Positions 42,701 through 56,400 of a stretch of 64,000 bases of DNA are shown one piece after another. Position 1 is the first letter of the stretch. Every line of letters starts with the position of its first letter. The position numbers and the translations under genes are program-made. The DNA lies in NCBI GenBank assembly GCA_964035545.1, contig OZ037768.1, forward strand, positions 5,798,741-5,862,740, written 5' to 3'. This DNA is from Bugula neritina. Its lineage: Eukaryota; Animalia; Bryozoa. The notes below the pieces were generated by a model. That model did not search any database, had not been told where the DNA came from, and worked only from the letters and a program-made list of their open reading frames with translations.

Positions 42701-45306
42701 TTTTGGTTAGATTTTTGTGCGATGGAACCTTGAGCTTTAGGTTCACTGCTAACTGCATTTGTTGCAGGTATGTGAGGGGTGGCTGCAGGTAGTTGAGTGG
42801 TGGCTGCAGGTAGTTGAGGGGTTGTTGCAGATAGTTGAGGGGTTGTTGCAGATAGTTGAGGGGTTGTTGCAGGCGTGGGAGGATCAAATGCATCTTCTGT
42901 AAAATTAATATAAAAAAACCACATTTCAGCAAGTTTAGCATGAAACATGGAAATAGTGCAGTACATAATATTACTAATCCAAAAGGATCTATAAGGATTA
43001 TAAATTGGCACCTTCACAGAACATAAGTATCAACTATGAGATGGTTACAGAAAAACCGAAGCAAACAAAAAAGGAAAAATAAGCATAAAGCATACTGCCA
43101 GCTTTTAAACACTGGTTCAAAGAGATAAAATTCCCTGCCACTGGAATTATTATAATATGCTATGTAATAGAGTAATCAATTTAATTATGTTTAGCTTATA
43201 ATTATTTAGGCTCTTAGTTATGATGTAGCAGTGAAACAAAATATTTCATCTGTATTTAGTTAACTTGTAATTCACGAAAAAAGCATAAAATGAAGTAACT
43301 AAAGTTGGTTATTGGTAAATAAACAGAGTAGAAAACTGAAGGGCAGCAGACAGAAAGCTTACCGTACAAAGGCTCTATCTTTTCATAGGCTGTTGGAGTT
43401 TTTGTCTCTACTTCTGGGGTTGCAGAACTAAAAATGAAGCCTGACTAGAATTAGACAATAATTATTTTTAAAAAAGTAGTACACTGAAATAATTCGAACT
43501 TCAATTGGCAAATATTTTAACCACAAAATGGGGCACAAAGATTTATGAGCCAAAAGTCTTGTTTGAATAACATAGTATTCTTTCTGGCATGGGGTTTTTG
43601 AATTTTATTTCAACATAACAATGTCAAATGCTCACTTTTTATTCTTATAAACTTGACAAAATGCACTACTATCATTATTATGTATATAATGCAGCATTCT
43701 TAGCTGGCCACAAAGCTTGTATTTTTTTTTACTAGAATTGAGTACATCTGACCTTATCTTCAAACAAATTTTTCATTAACTAATTTATTGTTATATTTTG
43801 CTTGAATGAAGTTAAATGGTCAAACTCTAGTATTGTTATATGATGTGAAAAATAGAAGGAAAATCAAACTAAAAGTGCAAAGGCATCATTTATACTAACT
43901 TGATGGTAGAAAGAGATTTTCAACTCAAGTAATAACTCACCTAGAGCGAGACCCACTCCGCTGTTTATACTGCATGGAAATCTGTAGAAACTGTATCCAC
44001 TCATCACTTTCTTGCTTATTTTTAGCTATCTGTTACATTCAAATAAGACAAATAAGTATTTAAAGTAATGAATGTGAAATAATAATTATGTTCAAACAAA
44101 GGAGACAAACCTACAAATAAGAATATTTTATCACATAAAAATACAAGTCTGCATTGATAAAAACAATGTAACCAAAAGTAGAAATCATGCACAAAAATTG
44201 TATTTGATAGAAACTAACCTATAACATACTTAAACTTTTTAAAAATAGCAAATACAAAATATTATTTGGTGGAAAAACTTACAAGAGTTATCTTTTCTTT
44301 TGAAGTAACAATATCGAATCCATAGGGTGTATGAGAGTTCAGAGATGTCATGACCTGATGTGCAGTAGCCATGTCAATATAATTGTTGCTTCTACAGGAG
44401 CTAGATGACTTCAAAAACAGAACAAACAAGGAAGTGTTTAAGTTTTAAATTACCCAACAATTAAAATTACAAATAGTACAGTAACTTGGAGCAACACATT
44501 GTGAGGGGGCCAGTAGAAACACGCCCCTTTCCGGCAGCAGCTACTGTGTTTATTAAAACTTGTATGTTCAGACCTAAGTTTTGGAAACACCAAAAGTTTC
44601 ATTACAATTTTATGGGCCATGAGTCATAAATTTACTTTCATAAACAAAAGTGTGAACAGAAAATCTCAGGCATTTAGACCTACTTCCTGCTGAGCCAGGT
44701 CATCCCAGAACGACAACCATCTCCCATTCAGAGAGCACCAGTAGTACTTCTTTTTCTACACACACAAGAACAATGTTAGAGTTGCATTGTTTTACATTAC
44801 ATTGCTTATCTAAGTCATGGACCAATGTCTCTATGCCCTGTTGCCATTACTTAAGTTAGTGATCACTAACGCTAGCTATCTCTTTACCCTACATAGTACA
44901 ACATACATTAAATCTCGATTGTTGCTTATAACATGTTTCATATGCTATGGCTTTTATGACCTTCTTATTCACACACTATCAACGTGTCAAGTGTAAAGCC
45001 TAAGGAGTTTTATTGCAATTTATGATAATGTAGATGCATTATATAAGCCATTTTGAACTTACAGAGGAAGTAGTTTTAAATAATGAACTTTTTGATATCT
45101 GTAGGTTTTCCTCTTTACTCAAACACTGTTACCATGCTACATGCTCACGGACACACTCTTTATTAACAACTTACCAACTTCAACTTCCTCGTAAGCCAAC
45201 CTCTGTGCACACATTCAAGGTCCTCCAAAACTTCAGGAATTTCCAAAGAATCTCCAGACTTGCTCAGTTTTCTCGGTAAAGTCAGAGCTTTACGAAACAC
45301 AGACAT
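39747..45306 (-). CDS. N-terminal PH-domain docking/adaptor protein with a tyrosine-motif-rich tail, about 475 aa
   Basis: Exons 45306-45175, 44755-44684, 44408-44283, 44029-43941, 43427-43363, 42896-42531, 41368-41241, 40756-40521, 39960-39747, in phase. PH hallmarks HRGWLTRK, YWCSL...LSFW, YIDM, YGFDIVT and ESDEWIQFLQ. Confidence 0.78.
41510..41836. mobile_element. Non-autonomous foldback element: inverted arrays of 15-bp repeats around a CCCWAA-rich core
   Basis: Left GGTAA(A/T)AATGGCAC x5; right GTGCCATT(T/A)TTACC-type x5-6; core 41640-41725 contains CCCAAACCCAAACCC and AAACCCTAA. Confidence 0.75.
42770..42872 (-). repeat. Coding 21-bp tandem repeat (ATTPQLS-type x5)
   Basis: GCAACAACCCCTCAACTATCT-type units in exon 6 of the PH adaptor. 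Confidence 0.85.
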
Positions 45307-46950
45307 CTCAATTTTTTTGAGTTTAGTATTTCTTATAAGTTATAAGTAATCCAGGAAGCGTTAAATGCAAGCCTTCTGTTTCTAACTGAATGCTAATGTG
45401 ATCTTCTGTTCAACGTGATATTCAGGATTTGATAAAGATGACTGATTCAACATGCGACTGATTGGCTGTGCTGTGTGAAGATAGTCGAAACAAACAGACA
45501 GTAGCCCATTCCCATAACTATCTATTGAATGATAAATCAGATTATGTGGCCAATAGAATACTTGAAATGAAATCATGCCTTGACATTTTAGGAGGAAGTT
45601 CAGCTTCACCAGTAAACAGTCTACCATCCCTACTATTGGCTTATTCTACAATACAGCTTCTTTATGATAATATTAGGTTATGGTTGTCATTTGTAGCTTG
45701 AACTTTTTAACAAATAGTGCTTTTGTATTCTATTGAATTAATTCATAATGGCAATTAAATAATTGTTATGCCATTAAAGAAGTTTGTGAAAAGTTAAGCA
45801 AGTTTGTTTAATGAACTTGTGCTCTTTGACAATTGATATAACTCCTTGATAACTTGACCTCAATACCTTCATGTATTGTGCAAAGTGCCTATAAAACTGG
45901 TATTGCAGGGATGTGCCTTAATTAAGAGGTCAAACAATGCCAAATCAAGCTGATAATATAAGGAAAACCAGGCTCCTATATATAGAGCAGTCATAGTTAT
46001 TTACAGCCAGCCAACCCTAATTGTCTAAATACTTTGGCCTCATATACCACTTCTATAATAATTGTTTAGAATTGATATACACACCTTGACAAGCTTACCT
46101 TGTCATGGGTGGGGCATACTAAGCAGCTGTGCTATGTTTTAAAAACCATATTTTATTATATTGCTACAAGTAAATTTTCAGCAGCGAAGTTTATAAATGC
46201 AAATGCACAATCTATAATTTGCAGGTTAAATTCTATAGATGTCTATAATATTTATTATTGTGTAAAATCAACCATTATAATAATATAGTTATCTCCACCA
46301 AGTTAATCTAAACTACCGAGAGAGCAACTCCTAAATTAGCCCAACACATCAGCCACAACCAGGAGTATTGTCTACGCTAGACAGCTGAGCTATGAGCGGC
46401 GAACCAAAACTCCAATTGTAAGAGTCACACCAGCAAATATATCGTTTTTACGAAGTTATCACAGATCAACAGTCAGTTTACAAGATATTACGTCCGAGCC
46501 ATTTAATAGCACTAACGTGTCTAAAGATATGTCAACAGGTACACTCGCTTATCATACTTTAAAACAATAAGTTGGTGATAAAACCCCAAACCCCAAGTTG
46601 ATACTAAAAATCGAATTTTATTTACTAATATACTACAATACAAGATATCAATAAGTTTGATAAGAACATATTATTGCATTGAAAAAAACATGTATATGAA
46701 TAACAGGAGGATGTAAAATGTAATTGGATTCCACAAGGGACATCTACTTAACAAATCAAGAGACTAGGAGAGTAAAAGATGGCTATAACATAATATCAAT
46801 AGACAATTATATTAACATAGAGTTCTGCTTATATAATAAAGCAAGCTGTGAGAAGGCTTGAGACGTCAGCAAAGCAGACTTGGAAGTTGGTCTAAGAACT
46901 TGGTAAGAGATAAGGACATGTTCAAATTATCTCCAAATTACAATATTAGG

Positions 46951-49900
46951 TTATGCGACAGCGGCATTTCCATCGTTATTGACTAAGGTGGCCTGTGACT
47001 CGTTAGCTTCTACAAACAGATGAATATAGAATGTACAAGTGTTGGCAACATGTTGATAAATATGGATAGAGAGCATTGGGATAATGATGCAGTTACTAAC
47101 TACCAAATATGCAGGCATACAAGCAGCCAAGTAATTATAAAAAGAATATTTAGCTACAATACAATAATTTATACACAAATAAAATATAAATTGCAATACA
47201 TAATGCGAGCAGCAGCCAGTAAGAATTGTGGTGAATTGGGTCGAATGTGAATCATAACATAGATGATTGGGTTACTGAGTGGGTGGGTGTACTCATGCAT
47301 CAACAATTTAGCTGATTTCAAGTGTAGAATGGCTAAAAATCTTGCTGCAGGAAGGAATCACAGTTCATGCATTTAGTAAAAACTACTTCAGACTTTTTGC
47401 TCAACAAAGCAATAAGTAAGTCTAGTGATAGGTAAGTCCAGTGATGGGTAAGTAACTCTAGAAAAGCTGTGTTACCTGAAAACAGGAAACCTATATTTGT
47501 CTTCTAATCATCTAGCAATGACAGGACATCACTCGGTTAGCAAAACATATATTGATTTAAACAGTAAAAATAATCAAGCTGAAAACTACAGCTGTACAAC
47601 ACTCAAGGGTATAATAGTTTAGAGTACAGACACAACTCAGACAATGTATAGCATATCATCACTAAGACTAAAACGTTATACTGTGTAAACACAAGACTTG
47701 AGGTAGCAAGTAGTGAGATGTTTGCCAGGTGTATACAGCAGCCAGTGTAAACAGGATACAAGGTGTGTATGTTGTGCAAGGAATTCAGACCGGCTAGTCT
47801 CAACACTGTAATCAGGAATTTCACTCCCAACAGCTAAATGTCGTCACCTAGGTAACACAGGGACTGGAGAGAGTGGAGACTAATCAGCACCATTAATCAC
47901 TAGACTACATAATACATGGTAACAGATGGTTACCACTTGCCTAATCTTAGCTCTCAGTGATACAGTATTGGTAACTGAGAATAGGGGTGGGAGAGGAAGA
48001 GCACTGGATATTTATAACACTAATACAGGGTACAAAGTACACCAATATCCGAAAGTGCTGAACTGTGTGGTGGGTAAACCGCACTTTAAATTAAGTTTAT
48101 TCTAAAACAGACTGCAATAAGAGACATGAAAGAAGCCCCATGAGCTAATAAATCATGAGATAGTGACTGACGAGGAGGGAATTTGAAGAGCCAATCATGT
48201 AGAGGAACAACTTGAGCATCTAGCTACCTCCCAACACAAGAGACCTTCAAAGGCTTGCCAACAGAAACTCTAGCCATGAGTTTCTGCAGTGATTACTATC
48301 ACCAATGATGTGCAATGATAGTGACAAAGACCTCCAACGATATAGTCACCAAGACTTGACTACTGCTGGGAAGACATGAGCTGAAGAGAAAGCTGTGGTG
48401 AATAACATTGTAACACACTATAATCTGGCATATATACAGTGGTCACTGACATGGCATATCTTAGTATTATGAGGATTAATACAAGGTTGCTAGTGCCATT
48501 ACCTGCTGGGGGTTCCTTCAAAGGGCTAGACTCGGTGGTAGGACCCGTCTCAGCACCAGACTTGGCCTAAACGTAGAGAATAGTAACCGAGTGTCAAAAT
48601 GATAGGATATATCCGGATTATAGATGGCCAAAATTTTAGCCTTTTATATAAGCAGTTGTTTCATGATGTGCATAATTTTTAATAATGAAAAAAATGAAAG
48701 AAATTAAAAAGAAATTAAGTATGAAATGAAAACTATAAGAAGAAACTATGTATATAAAAAAATGAAAGAAATTAAGCAAAGTCATAATTACAGATGAATT
48801 CCATTTGCATGATGCAATAGTTGAACATATTTCAACTTTACTAGTTGCAATAATTATCAAAACATATCTATGTTGGCACAGAGTAATCTATTGAACTTTT
48901 TATTTAATTGTTCACATATTATACACTTTATGGAAATATAAAATGCAACTACAGTGAGATATGCTGGTAGATGGTGTTGATGACTATATGAACAAGAATC
49001 TCTGCTAAACTATGCAGGAAGATACAATTGCATCATTCTATGGAGAATAAACATAATATCAATAACAAACGGGTATTTAGGTTGTGAAATGCCAACTAAC
49101 AAGTAACAGTAGTAATTAGTATATTTAGCTGCAAAACATATTCATAAAGGTAACCCTAGGCCTGGACTACCAACTAACACCCCCCCCCCAGCAAGTACAG
49201 TGGACATATGGTCTATAGTTTATACTGTGTATGGTGTAGACAGCTTTACTATCTCCAGTAGTTTCATCAGCTGCTATTCCGAATCCTTCACACACTTTCT
49301 TGGTTATAATTAAATCGGGTTAGCTCTAAATGTGCCACCAAACTGGTGAATTTATAAACTAATATTGCTCAAAGAGTTGCTATACCTGGAATTCAACCTG
49401 GTCACCTTTCCCGGACTTGAGCATAACTCTACTCTCCTCATCCAGGGGTGCCGTCGTGTCGCTGTAGACCTCACTTGTGCCAGTCGGCTTTTTTAAAGAC
49501 TTTTTACTCGCCCTTCTGCAACATCACAATTTACTATCAAATCATAGGAACTGTGTGATGTAGCTGATATACACTCAGACAGTTCACACAAGATCTTAAA
49601 CAATCTTCTCTTGATTGGCTCAAATGCAATTAAAATAATAAGTTTAAGTAAGAACTTGCCAGTTCAATGATGTGTATCTAAGGCAGAGCATAGTGATTAA
49701 TGTTCACACAGTATGTAGGATTATTGATTATGAAACTTGTCATTATGTTATATATTCTACACCAATCAAGTTATTCACCAACCTTCTTCTGAATATAATG
49801 AATAGCACAACAACAGTGATGAGAAGTACAGCAACCAACACACCAACAATTATACCTACAAGAAAAGAGGCACAGCTGTTACCATGTTAATTACTTATTA

Positions 49901-50830
49901 GTGCTTCACTCAATAATTCCAGTAGGCAATAGCTTTAAGTAATACATTTTATCATGGCAATGTAACTGAAGGCAGTGGTGGCACACAGCCACTCTGCATG
50001 GTGTAACACACAAGTTGGGGAGAGAATAAGCATATAACTGCTACTCACCAATATGGCTAGAGCTTAGACCTTTAGGAGCTGCAGTAGTCGTAGCTAAAAC
50101 AGAGAGGGGACTGCTAACTTGTGTGATAAACTTTAACCCTAAAGTTGGTGCTGAGTACATCTGATTATTGGTTTAATAATAACAAATGATAGGGTTTCTT
50201 GTAAACTATTTTACACAAATGTTGAATAGATTAGCAGTGAAGGACAGCAGGATTGAAATGTTTATAACAGCTTGTAGGTTTCATTAGGGCCAGATACTTC
50301 CATGTTAACTAAAGATCAGTATAAAATTCAGCTATGATTCACCCATGATATATCACTGTGACAGCCAACAGGAACAATGACAATACACGTGGGAGAAATA
50401 GTTGATCACTACTGAGTCATAGATCTATAGTGTATGGAAACTTCAAACAATGAAATTTCCAAAACACATTTTAATAGCGCACAGAGGCAAGTTTATGTAA
50501 AATAGCAGTTTTGAGTAAAGCAAGATGACTCACTCGTTAGATCAGGCCTGGTAGCATTGGACATGCCCTCCCCTACAATTCAAATAACAAATTAGCCTAT
50601 AAAGGAAATGACAAAGTTATTATTTTATTTATGCTAGCTAACAAATAAAATTTAAAGATAAGTTACACATTTTATTAACATCAAAGACCACTTATCATTT
50701 GATTATTTATTGCACAAACCAAAGTTTAAGTCCACTGTTACTGTAAATATAATTGAAAATTACAGACAGCTAAAACTAAACTTAAGCACTTACCATAGGT
50801 GATGCTCACGTTTTCATCTGTGTTATTCAT
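46951..50830 (-). CDS. Small type III single-pass membrane glycoprotein, about 148 aa, uncharacterised
   Basis: Exons 50830-50794, 50572-50534, 50093-50049, 49855-49783, 49515-49386, 48566-48503, 47009-46951, in phase. Protein MNNTDENVS...NAT...TTTTT, TM GIIVGVLVAVLLITVVVLFIIF, then RRRRASKK. Non-coding first-exon donor at ~52267. Confidence 0.72.
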
Positions 50831-53406
50831 AATAGAATCTAAAAGTAACAATAGTGCTTTGTAAAATAAGCAATTTTAAACACAATCACAATAAAAGAAA
50901 GCTAGCTTGTTACAGATGAACTGGTTTCTGTACCTTTGTAAATTGAGAATCATATTTTTCTTAGCCACACAAAATATATTTAGATAGTATATATATGTGA
51001 ATCATATTTCTTTCAAATTTGATTTAGGGTATTTCTATTGAAAACATTAAATAACCAAAGATGGGCTAATATTTGTGCAATGAAAGTGCTTCACTGAGTT
51101 GTCATATCCAAAGAGTTTACTTTGTTTAAATTAGCCCAAAAATAGCACCATCATAATTTCAGTTAATGCAGCACATTAAGTTTTAGTAACGCTAGTTATT
51201 GAACGAACTAATATTTAAAAGTTAACAAAGCTGAAACAATACACTAACTGAACTTATTAGTTGTTATGTCTTTTAAATCTTGCTAATATTTGATAGCTTA
51301 AAATAGACATATTCCCAATCATTGCAGCATTAATTATTCTTTTCATTATACAAATTATGATGATTAAAATAAATGCTAATTAACCCGCTGATCGAAATTA
51401 GAAATTAGCAAATATAAAGCTTGCAAAGTATCCAAATGTTTTCTTAGTAGAATTGTTGCAATCCCAAAGCAGACAAAATCTGTTTAACCTCATTAAATGC
51501 CTGCATACTTTACTTTATATACAACTGCAGGCAAGATATTCAATGACAGAAAATATTAAATTAGTAGAGTAGAACAATATGTGTACAAGTAATGGAGTCC
51601 ACAGTAATATATTTCCATTTACTGTGCAGTGTAATATTAAGTTACTTGTAGGTTAAGACTCACTGAGAGTCAGGCTGTGCATGTTACATTTGTAAAGGCT
51701 TTAAAGTTTAAATTTGCTGTCGCAGTCAAAGTCAGTGCTTAGAGCAAGTAAGTATTAGTATACTGTAACTAGTACAGGGTTAAACTTAAGGTGTACAATA
51801 ACAACTACAAGTATTAATACAACTACTACTAGAGGCAGAGCTACAATCTCAAATTTAGAATGTAAATATTAATGTAAAAGCCAATGTTAATTGAATTATC
51901 AACACCAAGCTTAATTACCCAACATTAGGCTTATTCCTTAAGACTCAATAAAAAGTTAAAGTAAATTATTTCACTTTAAATTTATAGTTGAACCATGATC
52001 ACAAATTAATTAAAAGTGTAACTATAGTTACTAGTATAACTATAAGCAATTTATAACTAGCAGAATTTAAAAACAAAGGTTAGTTTAGGCAGCAAATGCA
52101 ATACTTAAACTTTACTATAAGTATTTGCTATAATTACATTTACTGTAATACCAATAGTTGTACTTATACTTATAGTAAAACTAAATATAATACTTACTCT
52201 TACTCTTAGTCTTATGACTTATCATAACTGTAAGAGTAATACTTAAAGTTAATAAGTAAATACTTACTTTAAAATTGCGAATTATATAAATTAAAATGTA
52301 TTTGACTTCTGCGGTGTATTGAAAGTGCCCAACTCCGGCGCCCAATTTATAAATTAATAAAAATAATAAAAAAAAAACACGCCGCCGCCAAAAATTCCTT
52401 ATCTCTTTCGTGCGTGTATTGCTAATAGTACTTGACCTGCAAAGAAAAACCATCGAACAAAGCGCAACCGTAAAAGGGTAAGTAAAAATGACACATGAAG
52501 ACTGAGCGCATCCCCGATTTCTGAGAATTTGGTCAACAAAATATTCCAAGAGGATACAACTCTACATAAAACGTACCAACTTCTGAATTGAGGTTAATCA
52601 ACTATTTGAACCCAAGATGCTCCTTCTACTTACAAAATGTAAACTTTTCCAAGGTACAATCGCCATTAAGCTGCACACCTTCACCAGTTTATATATAAGG
52701 CAGCTTATATCTTATAAAAAATATAGGCGTAACCATTGAACTGGAAAAGATATTTTGGGTTCATTGAGCATAACTAACTTCTAGCTTATGTGGGAAGTTA
52801 TTTAAGTGAGTTTAAATGACATTTTAACCCAATTAACATAAACTTCAGGGTCTAAACTGTGTAATAGTTTGCCAATGAAGTATAACAAACATCTACATAC
52901 TTACAACTAACTAAGTAGCACATTTGAGTGTAATTTTCTAGCATGCAAGTGCACCACATAAATCTGTTAAGGGCAAATGGTGACAGCGTAAACTACTCAA
53001 TAGTCAATACACACTATTTTATCTACTAAAACTAATAGAAATGATTTGCAGCAAGTTACATAAAAGATGCATAAATAAGAAGAGAAACTACTAAATCGAA
53101 GGGCATGTGCTGGGGTGCTGAGTGTAGTCTGTTGTTAGGAAACAACTAATTCAAAATTAGGTTGTAAAACATCAGTAACTCAATTGAAATTGAATTTGAG
53201 TTCTAAGGCATAATTTATTTCAATATCAGATCTGTGTATGACATTATTTTATAGCAAGATCTAATACATGAAACATAAATAATTTTTGATATACATATTT
53301 TCCGGATTAACATATATCAGACAAAATAAAAATACTAAAAAGTGACGTACTAAAAAAATCTGATTGAGTTATGCTAAATTTGACTGTTGTGGATGTTTTT
53401 AGTCCA

Positions 53407-56400
53407 TCATAGGAAGAGTCGTTGTCGACCAGATTTATACTCCAAGTATTCATGTAGGAGCTGCAGAGGAGGGTTGAAGGTAGTAGCTTTGTTCACGACA
53501 GTTACATGCCGTGCTTCACCATGATCAAAACCTAAACAGAAATACGACCAAAACAGTTAAAAATTACAAAGCACTGCAAGCTGATGACAAGTGAAAATAT
53601 TAAAAATGAGTGATTCTAAATAACCTACACCCATCACCACAATTTTAGACTTGATACTTACATGTCCATATATTAAAAGGTAAATATTATAAAGCACAAA
53701 GTTGATTTTATAAAAGATACATTTCAGCAAAATGAAAGTTAAGTAAGCTCATACTAAATGTAAATATAAACACTGCATAACCAATGAGCAACATAAGTAT
53801 AGTGTTATACATTTAAATACATTGCATGGTGAAAGAACAAAAAGCTTGGCAAGTTATAATGAGATTTTTATAACACTTGCATTATGGTGACAGTGAGACT
53901 TGCATTATGGTGACAGTGGTAGTGACAACAATTAACATTAGAAAAAACAATAATAGCATGCAGATTTTCATTAAAATAATCTAAAAAAATGTAAAATAAA
54001 AATAATTGCATGTTTTGTAGTGAACACCTGCAGTATGTTTGGAATACACGTTACATCTAAGTATAAACACTGCTTACTCATGGAGTCTAATCCCAGGTAC
54101 TGAGAGACGGCATGCACAAAGAGACGGCCAAAACTCGACTCCATTGTTGCAGTGTATATAGAGAGAGGCTCCTCAATAAAATTAGCTCTGATTTCAATTT
54201 CAAGGCTTTCCAACAATCCCTGCAACAGAACAAACACAGATTAAATCAGAATTTTACAAAAAAGTGGTTATGTTGATTTCCGTGATCAGCATGGGGGCTC
54301 ACCAGAGGCACATGTCTTTTCTTTAGCAAGTTTTTTAAATTCTGATTTATTTGCTGAAAGCACTTCTCACTGCTGTATGATGGGTGAGCTACAGATATAA
54401 ATATAATATACAATATATAATTATATTTATATAATTATTATTAAATATTCTATTAAATATAATTTCTAGAAGTTATAATTGCAAACACTCCAGAAACAAT
54501 AATTGTGGTTATATCAGCAGAGTGTGATGTAGGTATGGACACTCTAGGCAGCAGCAGTTGCAGCAGCAGTGTAGTAGTTAGAGTGCTGCTCTAGTACGTA
54601 CCAGGCCATGGGTTCGAATCCCTGCAATGTTGTTGATGATGTCATGAAAAACCTTTTTACCCACAAAGCATTCTGGGCTACCCTGACATTTCCTAAATTA
54701 TGCTAAATAAAGGCTAAGCTCCTTTTAAGCTTTATTTCTGATTGAAATGAACCATATATTGGCATCGGCCACCAGTAATTGAGGTTGAAATACATTACAT
54801 TAATTTGTTTAGTTTAAAAATTTGGTCTATGACAATCAATATTTAAATTCATAGACTCACAATGTTAATTTTACGTGTTAAAAATACCAGAAAATAACCG
54901 GAAAATAACCATAAAGTAAAAAAGTTGCATGGGAATTAATTTGATGATAATATGTTTTGCTCCAAATGCTTGATTTACATGCAGAGCAAATTGCATAATT
55001 TACTGTAAACAAATAAATATGAACTTTGCCAATTCTCATATCTCTTACTAATAATGCCACTGCTGACATACTACACATACCAGATCGCTTGTCACCATGA
55101 GTGGGGTCAGCTTTGACAGCCTGACCTTTTGCCAGCATTGCATTGTGTATGTCAACACTGGCTTCAGCATGCTCCACTGTGGAAGCAGCAGTCTCTATCA
55201 ACAAGTTTTGATCATCTTCGTTGAGCTCTATGAAGTTGTTCCAGACCTGTAATTGAACAACATAGGTACAGAGTTGCAATTTTTCTTGAATAGTCTAAGC
55301 TGTAGCAGATATTTCCAACTATAGCGAGTTGAATAAAACAACTACGCTCCAAACTGATAAACCCAAGCTAGCAAACATGTACACCCCAGCAGCTAAGTGA
55401 CATAGTAGCTTGACACCAAGGTGAACAAATCAGGAGGTCTGACCCTGTAAACTGACTGACTTTGCGTGACAATAATGTCAATTCACTTTTTACTTTACAG
55501 CAGTATTTAGTATTCAAAAACTTGAATAAATCCATGTATTATAAAAGTTGACAGAATTAATTAACTACCGAATCTAAAATCTAGCCATGCGTATCTAAGT
55601 AGAGTCAGTACCTACTAAAACAATAACAGAGAATGCAACAGCTGTGTGTAAGTTGAGTTGACTAAACCAGTGCAGTGTATCACAGTGTGTTACTGATGCA
55701 ACTGCAGTTGTCCAGGGCATGCAATAATTTATAACTGTCAACTAATATAAGTTTATAAAAGATTATCATAGCTAATGTTTCCTTATCTCAAGTGGCATAA
55801 AGCAACAGCTAGACTTGTGGAAATATTTTAGATGCACATTAACTATTCCATATTTGAAATAATCCTAGTTCCCGAAATCTTGGCTACACACACCCCTTAA
55901 TACAGCCCCCCCTCCCCCCCCTGTCTTGAGACAAGAAATCTTGAGCAGTTTGAGTTTACAACTCTTTGGCACTTACAAAATACTTGCAGCTTTAAGCCTT
56001 AAATGCAGCAGAAGTTTAAACTTTAAACCTGTCTTGGTGCAGTATTTTTAGTACAAATATACACAAATTACAACTTTCTAAAAATGTTTATACAAGAAAA
56101 TTTCTTCCAATACATTAGCCAAACTCTACTTAAAGAATAAATATGGTTTTTACTGTTTCAAACCAATGGCAAGGTCCCCAGGTTTGATAGTAGTATTATA
56201 GGAGAAGCTACCATCTTCCATTGGTAGGTGAAGCTATTCACAATGAGTGTTCGCAGTGCCACAACAAACTTACACAACGCAAGGTTTTTACTCACTTTCA
56301 TCTTCTCAGATTCAGCAAAAAGAGAAGAGAAAATTGACTTTCCATAATTCTCAGGGGTCCAAACAAAGTCGTTTTCAATCTCAGATTCTTCCAAACCAAC

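Noticed and set aside
47600-48480. More GC-balanced intron segment suspected to be a decayed LINE
   Set aside because: No RT or endonuclease motifs in the right order could be read.
30586-50830. A single giant TM-PH-RA-SARAH receptor fusion gene
   Set aside because: Each unit has its own in-phase terminal exon with a stop (46951, 39747). In-frame stops lie upstream of the ATGs at 45306 and 37315, with separate Inr-like starts nearby.
53868-53908. 23-bp-period direct duplication in an R3HDM4 intron
   Set aside because: Ordinary slippage duplication with no further structure.
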